Positions 29,198-38,318 of a stretch of 44,054 bases of DNA are shown piece after piece. Source of the DNA: Erythrobacteraceae bacterium (GTDB lineage: Bacteria > Pseudomonadota > Alphaproteobacteria > Sphingomonadales > Sphingomonadaceae); assembly GCA_031411075.1 (NCBI GenBank), contig JANOAH010000180.1, positions 1 to 44,054 on the forward strand, given 5' to 3'. The position numbers and the translations under genes are program-made. Under the pieces are notes generated by a model. The model had not been told where the DNA came from, ran no database searches, and saw only the letters and a list, made by a program, of their open reading frames with translations. How positions within the stretch are numbered: position 1 is the first letter of the stretch; every line of letters begins with the position of its first letter.

Positions 29198-30419
29198 ACA
29201 GCGCGAGGTCGATCGAATCGCCGACCGCCTTCAGACCCGCCGGGCTGCCATGCAGGTGGTCGCCGATATGATAGCCATCGCGCATCTGGCGCGGTTCGGC
29301 CGGGTCGGCGAACGCGGTGTCGAGCCGGGTCACGCCGTCGAATTCACCCGAGCTGACGATCCAGTCGTTGATCCGCCGCCGCGCCGCCTCGCCGTCCTCG
29401 GACCAGTAGCTTGCGCCTCTATACGGTCCGATCGGGCTGCCGATCACCTTGATGCCCTTTTCATGCGCGCGGGCGATGATCTGGCGAAAACCGGCGATCA
29501 TCTGTTCGACGCTGATCTGCGGCTGGTCGAGCGCGAGGCCGGGGCCGCCGGGGCCGCCGCCCGGCCGCGCCGGGCCGAAGCGGTTGCCGAGGTCGTTCAC
29601 CCCTTCGAACATGACGATGTACTTCACGCCCGGCAGGCTCAGCACGTCCTCGTCGAAGCGGCTCAAGGCACTTTCGCCCATGCCGGGGCTGAGCACGCGA
29701 TTGCCGCTTATGGCCTGGTTGGCGACGGCCCATTCGCGGCCCGCCTCCTGCAGCCGGTTGGCGAGGATATCGGGCCAGCGATCATTGCCGCCGAGCGTCG
29801 CGCCGACGCCGTCGGTGATCGAATCGCCGTAAGCGACGATGGTGCCGAGGGCGTCGGGCGAATCGATCTCCACGCCCGCCAGGAACGCGCGGTATTGTTT
29901 GTGGTCGACCGGGGTGAATGCCCGGCCGACGAAGTTGCCCGCCGGCGACACCGCCAGATCGTCCACGCCGGTCAAATGGCAGGTGCACGGCCCGGTCGCG
30001 CCGGGGAGGAAAATCTCGACCTTGAGCCGGGCGAGATCGGGCAGCGTGACGTCGACCGCATCGGACACGAACGGGGCGCCGCGCGGAATCACCGCGCTGT
30101 CCTCGCCGCCGAACTTGAGCATGCGGCTGGTCCCGGCGATCTCGCGGTTCATCTCGTCGATCGCCACGATCCGCGCCGCACCGATTTGCAGCGGGGCTGT
30201 GCCGTATCGGTTGGAGAACTTGACCCGCACCTTGCTGCCGCCTTCGGTGATGCGCAGGATCTGGCTGAGGGTGACGTTCTCCCACTGCCCGGCGGCGAAG
30301 GGTCCTTGCGTGCCTAGCGGGGCGTGCGGGGCGGCGGTCCAGCTCGCCACCCAGGTGGCGCTGGCGGGCATGGCGACAAGCGCGGTGGCCGCGGCGAGCG
30401 CGATGGCAGTCGTCCTCAT
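29187..30419 (-). CDS. Exported SGNH/GDSL hydrolase
   Basis: Signal peptide (ASA-T), 'YGDSITDG', 'NQAISGNR', 'EGVND' and 'GDHLH'; GGAGAG RBS. Confidence 0.92.
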   Translation of the reverse strand: MRTTAIALAAATALVAMPASATWVASWTAAPHAPLGTQGPFAAGQWENVTLSQILRITEGGSKVRVKFSNRYGTAPLQIGAARIVAIDEMNREIAGTSRMLKFGGEDSAVIPRGAPFVSDAVDVTLPDLARLKVEIFLPGATGPCTCHLTGVDDLAVSPAGNFVGRAFTPVDHKQYRAFLAGVEIDSPDALGTIVAYGDSITDGVGATLGGNDRWPDILANRLQEAGREWAVANQAISGNRVLSPGMGESALSRFDEDVLSLPGVKYIVMFEGVNDLGNRFGPARPGGGPGGPGLALDQPQISVEQMIAGFRQIIARAHEKGIKVIGSPIGPYRGASYWSEDGEAARRRINDWIVSSGEFDGVTRLDTAFADPAEPRQMRDGYHIGDHLHGSPAGLKAVGDSIDLALFNP

Positions 30420-30442
30420 CGGTATCTCTCCCAAGGAATCGA

Positions 30443-31057
30443 TTATGGTTGGTAGACCCAGTAATTCGCGCCCCAGCGCTGCTCGAGCTCGGCCAGGCAT
30501 TCGCGGTGGATTTCGCGCACCCGGGCAGCGGGCATGAATTCGGACCTGTCGATCTCCTCGATCTTCAGCGTCGATTTGTCTTCGTATAGATGCTCGCCCT
30601 TCAGCCGCCCGCTCTCGTCGTACGGCCAGATGAACGCCTGCAGCGAATGGACCAGGTAGAGGCCGTCCTCCTTCAGGTCCGCGTGGCCGACCTTGGCCAG
30701 TTCGGCCCCGGTCGACATCTGGTGGAACCACATCTCGTCGGCGATGCCCCAGTCCGCCACCGCCACCTTGTCACCGCTGTTCCACAGCACGATCTCGCCG
30801 ATACCGGCGTAGAAATCATAGACGGCCTGGGTGCCGTGGAGCTGGAACGGGCTGGTGCCCCAGGTGATGTGATAAACCGGATCGGGCGCCATCATGTCGG
30901 GCGCCGTGATTTCCTCGAACATCGACGCGCCTTCGAGGTGGACGTGGCGGCAATAGTTCTTGAGGATCGCCTGGTGCAGCGGATCACTGACCTTGTCGTG
31001 CAGCGCGATCGACGGGTCCATGCAGGCATAGACTTGCGCTTCGTATTGCGACGCCAC
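30443..31057 (-). CDS. Hypothetical protein, probable NTF2/SnoaL-like fold
   Basis: GGAGAG RBS before GTG 31057; globular composition with GC-ending codons; 'PVYH', 'G.QAVYDFY' and 'IWPYDESGRLKGEHLY' resemble SnoaL-like domains. Confidence 0.7.
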   Translation of the reverse strand: MASQYEAQVYACMDPSIALHDKVSDPLHQAILKNYCRHVHLEGASMFEEITAPDMMAPDPVYHITWGTSPFQLHGTQAVYDFYAGIGEIVLWNSGDKVAVADWGIADEMWFHQMSTGAELAKVGHADLKEDGLYLVHSLQAFIWPYDESGRLKGEHLYEDKSTLKIEEIDRSEFMPAARVREIHRECLAELEQRWGANYWVYQP

Positions 31058-31120
31058 GATACTCTCCCCAATCCTCCGTTGGCCGCAGCGTTGCACAGCC
31101 GTGCAGGCAAGGGAAGCGGC

Positions 31121-31300
31121 TCAATTGTCGCGGCGAGCCCGGTTGGCGCGGCGCTTGCGCCAGCCGAGGAAGGTCCAGCAGCTGCCGAACAGCGCACAGC
31201 CGACCAGGAACACCACTCCGCCTACCGCCAGCGCCGAAAACGCCACCGCCCCGGCAATGGCGAGGACGATTTCGACGATGCCGCCGAGGATGTCCCTCAT
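31121..31300 (-). CDS. Small membrane protein, 59 aa (not in the supplied ORF track)
   Basis: Manual translation MRDILGGIVEIVLAIAGAVAFSALAVGGVVFLVGCALFGSCWTFLGWRKRRANRARRDN: long hydrophobic run then a basic tail; co-oriented with neighbours. Confidence 0.6.
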   Translation of the reverse strand: MRDILGGIVEIVLAIAGAVAFSALAVGGVVFLVGCALFGSCWTFLGWRKRRANRARRDN

Positions 31301-31373
31301 GCCCGGAGCAATGCACGACGAGAGCAGGTGTCACCCGCGAGCGCTTCCCTCAAACGTGCGGTCCTGGCCACGC

Positions 31374-31862
31374 TCAGCGCCGCCAGCGCGCCGGCAGGCC
31401 GCCACCGGGGAGCAAGGCGATCGTCGCCGTCGCCGGCCAGCGCCGGCGCAGTTCGGCCAGCATGGCGGCCCGCCCGCGCGCGGCGTCGCCGGCGATGCCC
31501 GGGTCGAGCGGTTCGGCAAAGGTGACCAGCACTGCGCCGTTGCCCTGGGCGCGGGCTTCGGTTTCGGCCCACAGCCGGCCGCTGGTGAGCGGGCGTTCGA
31601 GGGTCAGCGCCAGGGTCCGCCGGCCGTTGCTCTGCCGTTGCGCCTGCGGCGTGGAGTCGCGATAGGCAAGGCCATTGCGGAACGCATGGCCGGCGAGCAG
31701 CGCGGCGAGCTCGTCGCGATCCGCCACGGCGGCCGGCACCGCGATCGCCTCGGCGTAACGAAACCGGCGGTGGCCGGGCTCCGCGGCGCCCGAACAATCG
31801 GCCAGCAACAGCGCGGCCGTGATCCCGAGCAGCTGCACCGGCGCTGATCGGCCGGCGATCAT
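31374..31862 (-). CDS. Hypothetical exported protein/lipoprotein
   Basis: ATG 1 nt after the ftsK stop; hydrophobic N-terminus ending LLLADC; fills the gap downstream of ftsK. Confidence 0.55.
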   Translation of the reverse strand: MIAGRSAPVQLLGITAALLLADCSGAAEPGHRRFRYAEAIAVPAAVADRDELAALLAGHAFRNGLAYRDSTPQAQRQSNGRRTLALTLERPLTSGRLWAETEARAQGNGAVLVTFAEPLDPGIAGDAARGRAAMLAELRRRWPATATIALLPGGGLPARWRR

Positions 31863-31863
31863 C

Positions 31864-34185
31864 TCACAACGGATTGCCGTCGCGGTCACGGTAGATGTCG
31901 CGGCGGCCGACGTGGTTGGCGGGGCCGACGAAGCCGTCGTCCTCCATCCGCTCGATCCATTTGGCGGCGGTGTTATAGCCGACGCCCATCTGCCGCTGCA
32001 GCCACGATCCGCTGGCCTTCTGCGCTTCGAACACGATCTGGCAGGCCTGGCGATACTTGCGTTCTTCGGGATTGTCGCTGGCGGTGAGGTCGTCGTCGAA
32101 GCCGAAGAAACCATCTTCGGGCTCCTCAGTCACCGAATCGACGTATTCGGGCTTGCCCTGACCGCGCCAGTGCTCGGCTACCCGCTCGACCTCCTCGTCG
32201 GACACGAACGGGCCGTGCACCCGGCGCAGCGCGCCCGAGCTCGGCTTGTACAGCATGTCGCCCTTGCCCAGCAGCTGTTCGGCGCCCTGCTCGCCCAGGA
32301 TCGTGCGGCTGTCGATGCGGCTGGTGACGTGGAAGCTGACGCGGGTCGGCAGGTTGGCCTTGATCACCCCGGTGATGACATCGACGCTGGGGCGCTGGGT
32401 CGCCATGATCAGGTGGATGCCGGCGGCGCGGCTCTTCTGGCTGAGGCGCTGGATCAGGACTTCGATTTCCTTGCCGACGGTGACCATCAAATCGGCCAGC
32501 TCGTCGACGATCAGCACGATCTGCGGCAGCACTTCGAAATCGAGCTGTTCCTCGACCACGATCTCCTCGCCGGTCTCGGGATCGAACCCGGCCTGGACCC
32601 GGCGGCCGAGCGGCTTTCCCTTGGCTTGCGCCGTCTTGATCCGGTCGTTGAAGCCGCCGACGTTGCGCGCGCCGATGTCGCTCATCATGCGATAGCGGCG
32701 CTCCATCTCCTCGACCGCCCATTTGAGCGCGCGCACCGCCTTGGCCGGCTCGGTGACGACGGGGCTGAGCAGGTGCGGGATCTCGTCGTAGCTCTTGAGC
32801 TCGAGGATCTTGGGATCGATCAGGATCAGCCGGCAATCGGCCGGGGTGAAGCGGTAGAGCAGCGACAGCAGGATGGCATTGAGGCCGACCGACTTGCCCG
32901 AGCCGGTGGTCCCGGCGACCAGCAGGTGCGGCATCGCGGCGAGATCGGCGACCACCGGCTCGCCGGCGATATCCTTGCCCAGGATAATCGGCAGGTTGCC
33001 CTTGTTGTCGGCGAATGCCTCGCACGCCGCCAGTTCCTTGAAGCTGACCGTCAGGCGGTGGGCGTTGGGCAGTTCGATGCCCATCACCGTCTTGCCCGGG
33101 ATGGGGCTGACGCGGGCGCTGATCGCGCTCATGTTGCGGGCGATGTCTTCGGCGAGGCCGATCACCCGGCTGGCCTTGATCCCGGGCGCCGGTTCGAGCT
33201 CGTACATCGTTACCACCGGGCCGGTGCGCACCGCGGTGATCTCGCCCTTGACGTTGAAATCGTCGAGCACGGTTTCGAGCAGCCGGGCGTTGCGTTCGAG
33301 CGCCAGCTTGTCGAGCTTGGGGGCGGTGTCCTTGGGCGGGTCGGCGAGCAGGTCGAGGCTCGGCAGCTGGTAGCTGTCGAACAGGTCCTGCTGGGTCTTG
33401 CCGGCAAGCTTGGCGGGGCGCGGCGGCTGGCGGGTGTCGGCGATTTCGGGCGGGCGGCGCGCGGGCGCTTCGTCATCGTCCTCGAGCGGTTCGAGCTTCT
33501 GCACGCGCCGTTCCTTGCGCGGCTTGAACGGGTTGGGATCGTGGAGCCGGGGCGGGCTGCGCAACAGCGCCGGCAGCGTCATCAGCCGCGCCCAGTCGAA
33601 CGCGAACACCCGGCCGGCAAGATAGGCCCCGCCGGCCAGGCACAGCGCCCAGGTGCCGGCGATAGCCCAGACCTGGCCCGCGTCGGGCAGCCGCGCCGCC
33701 AGCGCGCGCACCGCGCCGGCACCGAGCAGCCCGGCCAGCCCGCCGAGCGAGGCCGGCAAGTGGCCGATGTTCTCGGTCGCCAGCGTCAGCGCGGTACCGA
33801 GCAGCCCCATCGCCGCCAGCAGACGGCCGAGCGTCGCCCACCAGCGCCGCCCGTGCGGGGTCTCTTCGGCCTCGTGATCACGCCACAACTTGCGCGCGAA
33901 CGCATAGAGCATCGGCAAGAGCAGCACCGCGACCAAGCCGAACAGAAATAGCGCGCGCTCGGCAATCCAGGCGCCGGGGCGGCCCATCCAGTTGGCCACT
34001 TCGCCGCCGGCGGCCGTCGAGGCGCTGGGGTCGGTCTGGGTGTACGAAACCAGCGCAAGTGCCAGGAAGATCATCGCAAGGCTGAGCGCGACCGCCCCGG
34101 CGAGCTGCCCGGCGCGCGCCATCGAGCGGCGGAACGCAGCGCGCCAATCGACCGCCGCCGATGCCCTGATCGCCCTTGATGCCAT
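31864..34185 (-). CDS. ftsK: DNA translocase FtsK
   Basis: N-terminal TM domain, 'GPVVTMYE', 'PHLLVAGTTGSGKS', 'IVDELADLM', 'ATQRPSVDVITG' and gamma domain 'LQRQMGVGYNTAA'. Confidence 0.97.
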   Translation of the reverse strand: MASRAIRASAAVDWRAAFRRSMARAGQLAGAVALSLAMIFLALALVSYTQTDPSASTAAGGEVANWMGRPGAWIAERALFLFGLVAVLLLPMLYAFARKLWRDHEAEETPHGRRWWATLGRLLAAMGLLGTALTLATENIGHLPASLGGLAGLLGAGAVRALAARLPDAGQVWAIAGTWALCLAGGAYLAGRVFAFDWARLMTLPALLRSPPRLHDPNPFKPRKERRVQKLEPLEDDDEAPARRPPEIADTRQPPRPAKLAGKTQQDLFDSYQLPSLDLLADPPKDTAPKLDKLALERNARLLETVLDDFNVKGEITAVRTGPVVTMYELEPAPGIKASRVIGLAEDIARNMSAISARVSPIPGKTVMGIELPNAHRLTVSFKELAACEAFADNKGNLPIILGKDIAGEPVVADLAAMPHLLVAGTTGSGKSVGLNAILLSLLYRFTPADCRLILIDPKILELKSYDEIPHLLSPVVTEPAKAVRALKWAVEEMERRYRMMSDIGARNVGGFNDRIKTAQAKGKPLGRRVQAGFDPETGEEIVVEEQLDFEVLPQIVLIVDELADLMVTVGKEIEVLIQRLSQKSRAAGIHLIMATQRPSVDVITGVIKANLPTRVSFHVTSRIDSRTILGEQGAEQLLGKGDMLYKPSSGALRRVHGPFVSDEEVERVAEHWRGQGKPEYVDSVTEEPEDGFFGFDDDLTASDNPEERKYRQACQIVFEAQKASGSWLQRQMGVGYNTAAKWIERMEDDGFVGPANHVGRRDIYRDRDGNPL

Positions 34186-34215
34186 TGACCCAACCCCGTC
34201 AAATCCCTGGCGACT

Positions 34216-34249
34216 ATCATCCTCTTCGCCGGACTCGCCGTCAAGAATC
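34216..34249 (-). promoter_or_regulatory. Putative sigma70 promoter of ftsK with two GANTC sites
   Basis: Minus strand TTGACG (34244-34239)-N17-GATGAT (34221-34216); GANTC at 34232-34236 and 34245-34249. Confidence 0.55.
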
Positions 34250-34260
34250 GCTTTTTGTTC

Positions 34261-34794
34261 TCAGGACAGCCCGTCGATCGCGGCCCAGCGTGGCCAGCCA
34301 AGCCGCCGCGCGGTCGCTGGCGTCATGCCGCCAAGCGCGATCACCGGCATCAGCGCATGACGCGCAAGCAACCGGAAACCGACCGTGCCGACCGTTGTTG
34401 CGTCCGGATGCGACCGTGTCGCAAACACCGGCGAGAGCATCACCGCATCGGCGCGGACGCGATTGGTGAGGCCGATTTCGGCGAGGTTGTGCGCGGTGGC
34501 GATGGTCAGCAAATCGCGCGTCGGGAACAGCGCCCGCGCCGCGCCGTAGATCCCGTCCGCCCCCCATTCCCGCGCCGTCAGAGCACTGTCGGCCAGCACG
34601 GCGATGTGATTTCTGGCTCGCGCCAGCCGCAGCAGTTCGATCCAGCGCGCGATCCGTTCGGCCGGTTGGAGGTGATAGTGCCGGTAGACAAACCCCGACC
34701 CACGCGGCAGCCGGCGCAGCGCCGCTTCGAGCGTGGCATCGTTGCGCTCGTCGGAGAGCAGCCATAGTCGAGGCAGAGGCTGGCGCGCGCGCAT
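34261..34794 (-). CDS. Thiamine-phosphate synthase (ThiE/TenI)-like protein
   Basis: 'LPRLWLLSDERN', 'ADGIYG', 'TAHNLAEI', 'LSPVFATRSHP' and 'PVIALGGM'. Confidence 0.85.
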   Translation of the reverse strand: MRARQPLPRLWLLSDERNDATLEAALRRLPRGSGFVYRHYHLQPAERIARWIELLRLARARNHIAVLADSALTAREWGADGIYGAARALFPTRDLLTIATAHNLAEIGLTNRVRADAVMLSPVFATRSHPDATTVGTVGFRLLARHALMPVIALGGMTPATARRLGWPRWAAIDGLS

Positions 34795-34800
34795 CGCCGG

Positions 34801-34808
34801 GCTATAGC
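34801..34808. promoter_or_regulatory. Palindromic -10 element shared by divergent genes
   Basis: GCTATAGC in a 22-bp gap between two ATGs; 6 nt from the minus-strand ATG and 8 nt from the plus-strand ATG; no SD sequence on either side. Confidence 0.55.
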
Positions 34809-34816
34809 GCGCCGCG

Positions 34817-35473
34817 ATGGATAGCGCAGCGGCATACCTCGAAATCGACCTGCGTATCGCCGAGGCCTGCCGGCGCACTGGCCGCCGCCGCGACGACGTC
34901 ACGCTGGTCGCCGTCTCCAAGACCCAGCCGGCAGAAGCGATCGAGCCGCTGCTGCGCGCCGGGCACCGGGCGTTCGGCGAGAACCGGGTGCAGGAAGCGC
35001 AGGCAAAATGGCCCGACCTATTGGCCCGTTACCGCGATACCGAACTGCACCTGGTCGGCCAGCTGCAGTCGAACAAGGCGGCCGAGGCGGTGGCGCTGTT
35101 CGATTGCATCCATTCGCTCGACCGGCCGAGCCTGGTCGCCGCGCTGGCGCGCGCGATGGACCAGGCCGGGCGGCAAGTGCAATGCTTCGTCCAGGTCAAC
35201 ATCGGTGACGAGCCGCAGAAGGGCGGGGTGGCGATCGGCGAACTTGCCGCGTTGCTGGCGCAGGCGCGATCCGCCCAGATCCCGCTCGCCGGCCTGATGT
35301 GCGTGCCGCCCGCCGGCACCGAACCCGCGCCGTTCTTCGCGCTGCTCGACAAGCTCGCCCGCGATCATGGCTTGGTGGGGCGCAGCATGGGGATGAGCGA
35401 CGATTTCGAGACCGCGATTATGCTCGGTGCCACCCTCGTGCGCGTCGGCACCGCGCTGTTCGGGGAGCGCTAG
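34817..35473 (+). CDS. yggS: YggS-family PLP homeostasis protein
   Basis: 'LVAVSKT', 'FGENRVQEA', 'GQLQSNK', 'GLMCVPP', 'SMGMSDDF' and 'VRVGTALFG'. Confidence 0.95.
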   Translation: MDSAAAYLEIDLRIAEACRRTGRRRDDVTLVAVSKTQPAEAIEPLLRAGHRAFGENRVQEAQAKWPDLLARYRDTELHLVGQLQSNKAAEAVALFDCIHSLDRPSLVAALARAMDQAGRQVQCFVQVNIGDEPQKGGVAIGELAALLAQARSAQIPLAGLMCVPPAGTEPAPFFALLDKLARDHGLVGRSMGMSDDFETAIMLGATLVRVGTALFGER

Positions 35474-38226
35474 GCGGCGACGGCCTCGGGTTCGCCCGCC
35501 GCTTCGAGCAGCGCGGTCTCGAGCCGCTTGAGCCGTTCGCCGCCCGAGACCTTCCCGCCGAGCAGGTCAGTGACATAGAACGTATCGACCGCGCGCTCGC
35601 CGTAGTGGGTGATGTGCGCCGAATTGACCATCAGCTTTTGCGTGAACATCGCGTGGGCCAGCTTATTGAGCAGCGCCGGCCGGTCGCGCGCGGTCACCTC
35701 GATCACCGTGAAGCGGCCCGAAGCCTTATTGTCGAACAGCACGGTCGGGCGCACGTCGAAGCTTTCGGCGCGCGGCCGGGCCAGCGGGCGCTTGGCCAGC
35801 TGGTGGACCAGTTCGATCTTGCCGGCGAGCGAATCCTCGATCGATTTTTCCAGCCGTTCGAGCTGCGCGGCCTCGCGGAACGGCTTGCCGAGCGGATCCT
35901 GGACAAGGAAATTATCGACCGCCTTGCCGACCCGAGTGGTGTGAATACGCGCGTCGATGATGTTCGCGCCGGCCAGGCTGATCGCTCCGGCAATGCGGAA
36001 GAACAGCCCCGGGTGATCGTCGGCCATCACCGTGACCAGCGTGGCACCGCGCGCCGGGTAGTACTGCGCGTGGATGGTCAGCTTGTCGCTGTTGCGCCTG
36101 GCGTTGGCGTAGAGCGGGACGTTGAGCGCGATCACGTCTTCGGGCTCGGCGATCCAGTAAGCATCGTCGAACCGGTCGCCCAGCTCGTCGATGAAGTAGG
36201 CTTCCTTGCCGAGCACTTCGGCGACCCGCGCCTTCTTGGCCTCGACCCGTTCCTTGCGGCCATGGCGGGCATGACCGAGCCGCATGCGTTCTTCGGCGAG
36301 CTCATAGAGTTCCCCGAGCAGCTGCCGTTTCCAGCTGTTCCACACACCGGGGCCGACCGCGCGGATATCGACGATCGTCAAGAGCATCAGCTGGCGCAAT
36401 CGTTCGAGCGTCTGCACCTGTTCGACGAAATCGCCGATCGTCTGCGGATCGGAAAGGTCGCGCTTGAACGCGGTCGAGCTCATCAGCAAATGCTTGGCCA
36501 CCAGCCACGAGACGAGCTCGGTTTCATCGTCGCTCATGCCCAGCCGCGGGCACAGCTTGAGCGCAATGTCCGCGCCGAGTAGCGAATGATCGCCGCCGCG
36601 GCCCTTGGCGATGTCGTGCAGCAGTACCGCGACATAAAGCACGTTGCGGCTGGCGAGCTGCGGGATCAGTTCGGTGGCGCGCGGATGATCTTCGCGCAAG
36701 TCGCCGTGTTCGATCTGGGCGAGCAGGCCGATCGCGCGGATGGTGTGCTCGTCGACCGTGTAGTGGTGATACATGTCGAACTGCATCTGCGCGTTGACCT
36801 TGCCGAAGTCGGGCACGAAGCGGCCAAATACGCCCGCTTCGTTCATCCACCGCAGCACCGTTTCGGGATCGTTGCGCCCGGTCAGCAGCTTGAGGAACTG
36901 GGTATTGGCGCGCGGATCGGCGCGCACCTCGTCCTTGATCAGCTCGGCATCGCGGCGCGCCATCCGCATCGTATCCGGGTGGATTTCGAGCCCTTCCTCC
37001 TCGGCGATCTGGAACAGCTCGACCAGTCGCACCGGGTCGTCGCGGAACCAGTTGTCGCCCGGCGCGCGCAGCCGCCCGGCTGCCACGCTGTAGCCTTTGA
37101 GCGGCCGGGCGCGGCTGCGGAACGCGGCCAGCAGCCCGCTCGGCCGGCGGCTCTTCTGCGCCATCTGTTCGTCGATATGGGCCAGGAACACGCCGGTCAG
37201 GTGGCCGACGTGCTGCGCCTGCATGAAATAGTACTGCATGAACCGTTCGACCGCGCTCTTGCCCGGGCGATCGGCGAAGTTCATCCGCCGCGCCACTTCG
37301 CGCTGCAGGTCGAAGGTGAGCCGGTCTTCGGCACGGCGGGTGATGGTGTGGAGGTGACAGCGCACCGCCAGCAGGAACCCCTCGGCGCGGCGGAAGCTGC
37401 GATATTCCTTGGCGGTGAACAGGCCGACCTCGACCAGCTCGGCGGCATTGCGGACGCGGTGAATATACTTGCCGATCCAGTACAGCGTCTGCAGGTCGCG
37501 CAGGCCGCCCTTGCCTTCCTTGATATTGGGTTCGACGACGTAGCGGCTGTCGCCCATGCGCTTGTGCCGGGCATCGCGTTCGGCCAGCTTTTCGGTGACG
37601 AATTGCGCTTCGGACCCGGGGACGACATCGCTCCAGAAGCGTTTGCCGGCCTCGTCATACAGCGCCTGGTCGCCCCACAAATACCGCCCTTCGAGGATCG
37701 CGGTGCGGATGGTGAGATCGGCCTTGGTCATCCGCACCATCTCGTCGAGCGAGCGGCTCGAATGGCCGACTTTGAGGCCCAGGTCCCACAGGAAATAGAG
37801 CAGCGCCTCGATCACCTGTTCGCACCACGGCGTGGTCTTCGCCGGCGTGATGAAGGCGATGTCGACGTCCGAGTAGGGCGCCATCTCGCCGCGGCCATAA
37901 CCGCCGACCGCGATCAGCGTCAGCCGCTCGCCTTTCGAGCGGTTGGGCACCGGATAGAGATCGGCGACCACGTGATCGTGCAGCACGCGGATCAGCTGGT
38001 CGATCAGAAACGCCTGACCGTGGGTGATTTCATGCCCGGCGCTGGATTTCTGGGAGAGCCTGTGGGTCAGTTCGGCCCGGCCGGCATCGAGCGCGCCGCG
38101 GGCCAGCTCGACGACTTTGGGCCGTGCCGCGGCCGCGCCGTGCGTTTCCACCGCCTCGGCCACAGCCGCCGCAAGCTGCCGGCGATCGACGATCGCGCGC
38201 TGGTTAGGGATGGAGACGGCGCCCAC
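35470..38226 (-). CDS. glnD: [Protein-PII] uridylyltransferase/uridylyl-removing enzyme (start GTG 38226 or ATG 38238)
   Basis: 'AVGGYGRGEMAPYSDVD', 'EPNIKEGKGGLRDL', 'YHHYTVDEH', HD motif 'LLHDIAKG' and two C-terminal ACT domains. Confidence 0.97.
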   Translation of the reverse strand: MGAVSIPNQRAIVDRRQLAAAVAEAVETHGAAAARPKVVELARGALDAGRAELTHRLSQKSSAGHEITHGQAFLIDQLIRVLHDHVVADLYPVPNRSKGERLTLIAVGGYGRGEMAPYSDVDIAFITPAKTTPWCEQVIEALLYFLWDLGLKVGHSSRSLDEMVRMTKADLTIRTAILEGRYLWGDQALYDEAGKRFWSDVVPGSEAQFVTEKLAERDARHKRMGDSRYVVEPNIKEGKGGLRDLQTLYWIGKYIHRVRNAAELVEVGLFTAKEYRSFRRAEGFLLAVRCHLHTITRRAEDRLTFDLQREVARRMNFADRPGKSAVERFMQYYFMQAQHVGHLTGVFLAHIDEQMAQKSRRPSGLLAAFRSRARPLKGYSVAAGRLRAPGDNWFRDDPVRLVELFQIAEEEGLEIHPDTMRMARRDAELIKDEVRADPRANTQFLKLLTGRNDPETVLRWMNEAGVFGRFVPDFGKVNAQMQFDMYHHYTVDEHTIRAIGLLAQIEHGDLREDHPRATELIPQLASRNVLYVAVLLHDIAKGRGGDHSLLGADIALKLCPRLGMSDDETELVSWLVAKHLLMSSTAFKRDLSDPQTIGDFVEQVQTLERLRQLMLLTIVDIRAVGPGVWNSWKRQLLGELYELAEERMRLGHARHGRKERVEAKKARVAEVLGKEAYFIDELGDRFDDAYWIAEPEDVIALNVPLYANARRNSDKLTIHAQYYPARGATLVTVMADDHPGLFFRIAGAISLAGANIIDARIHTTRVGKAVDNFLVQDPLGKPFREAAQLERLEKSIEDSLAGKIELVHQLAKRPLARPRAESFDVRPTVLFDNKASGRFTVIEVTARDRPALLNKLAHAMFTQKLMVNSAHITHYGERAVDTFYVTDLLGGKVSGGERLKRLETALLEAAGEPEAVAA

Positions 38227-38318
38227 GCGCCTTCCCATAGGCGTGGCCCACGCCGCCATGCAATCTTTGCGCGCCCCCTCATTCCATGCCAAAGCGCGCG
38301 CCAGCGAAGGGGATCACG

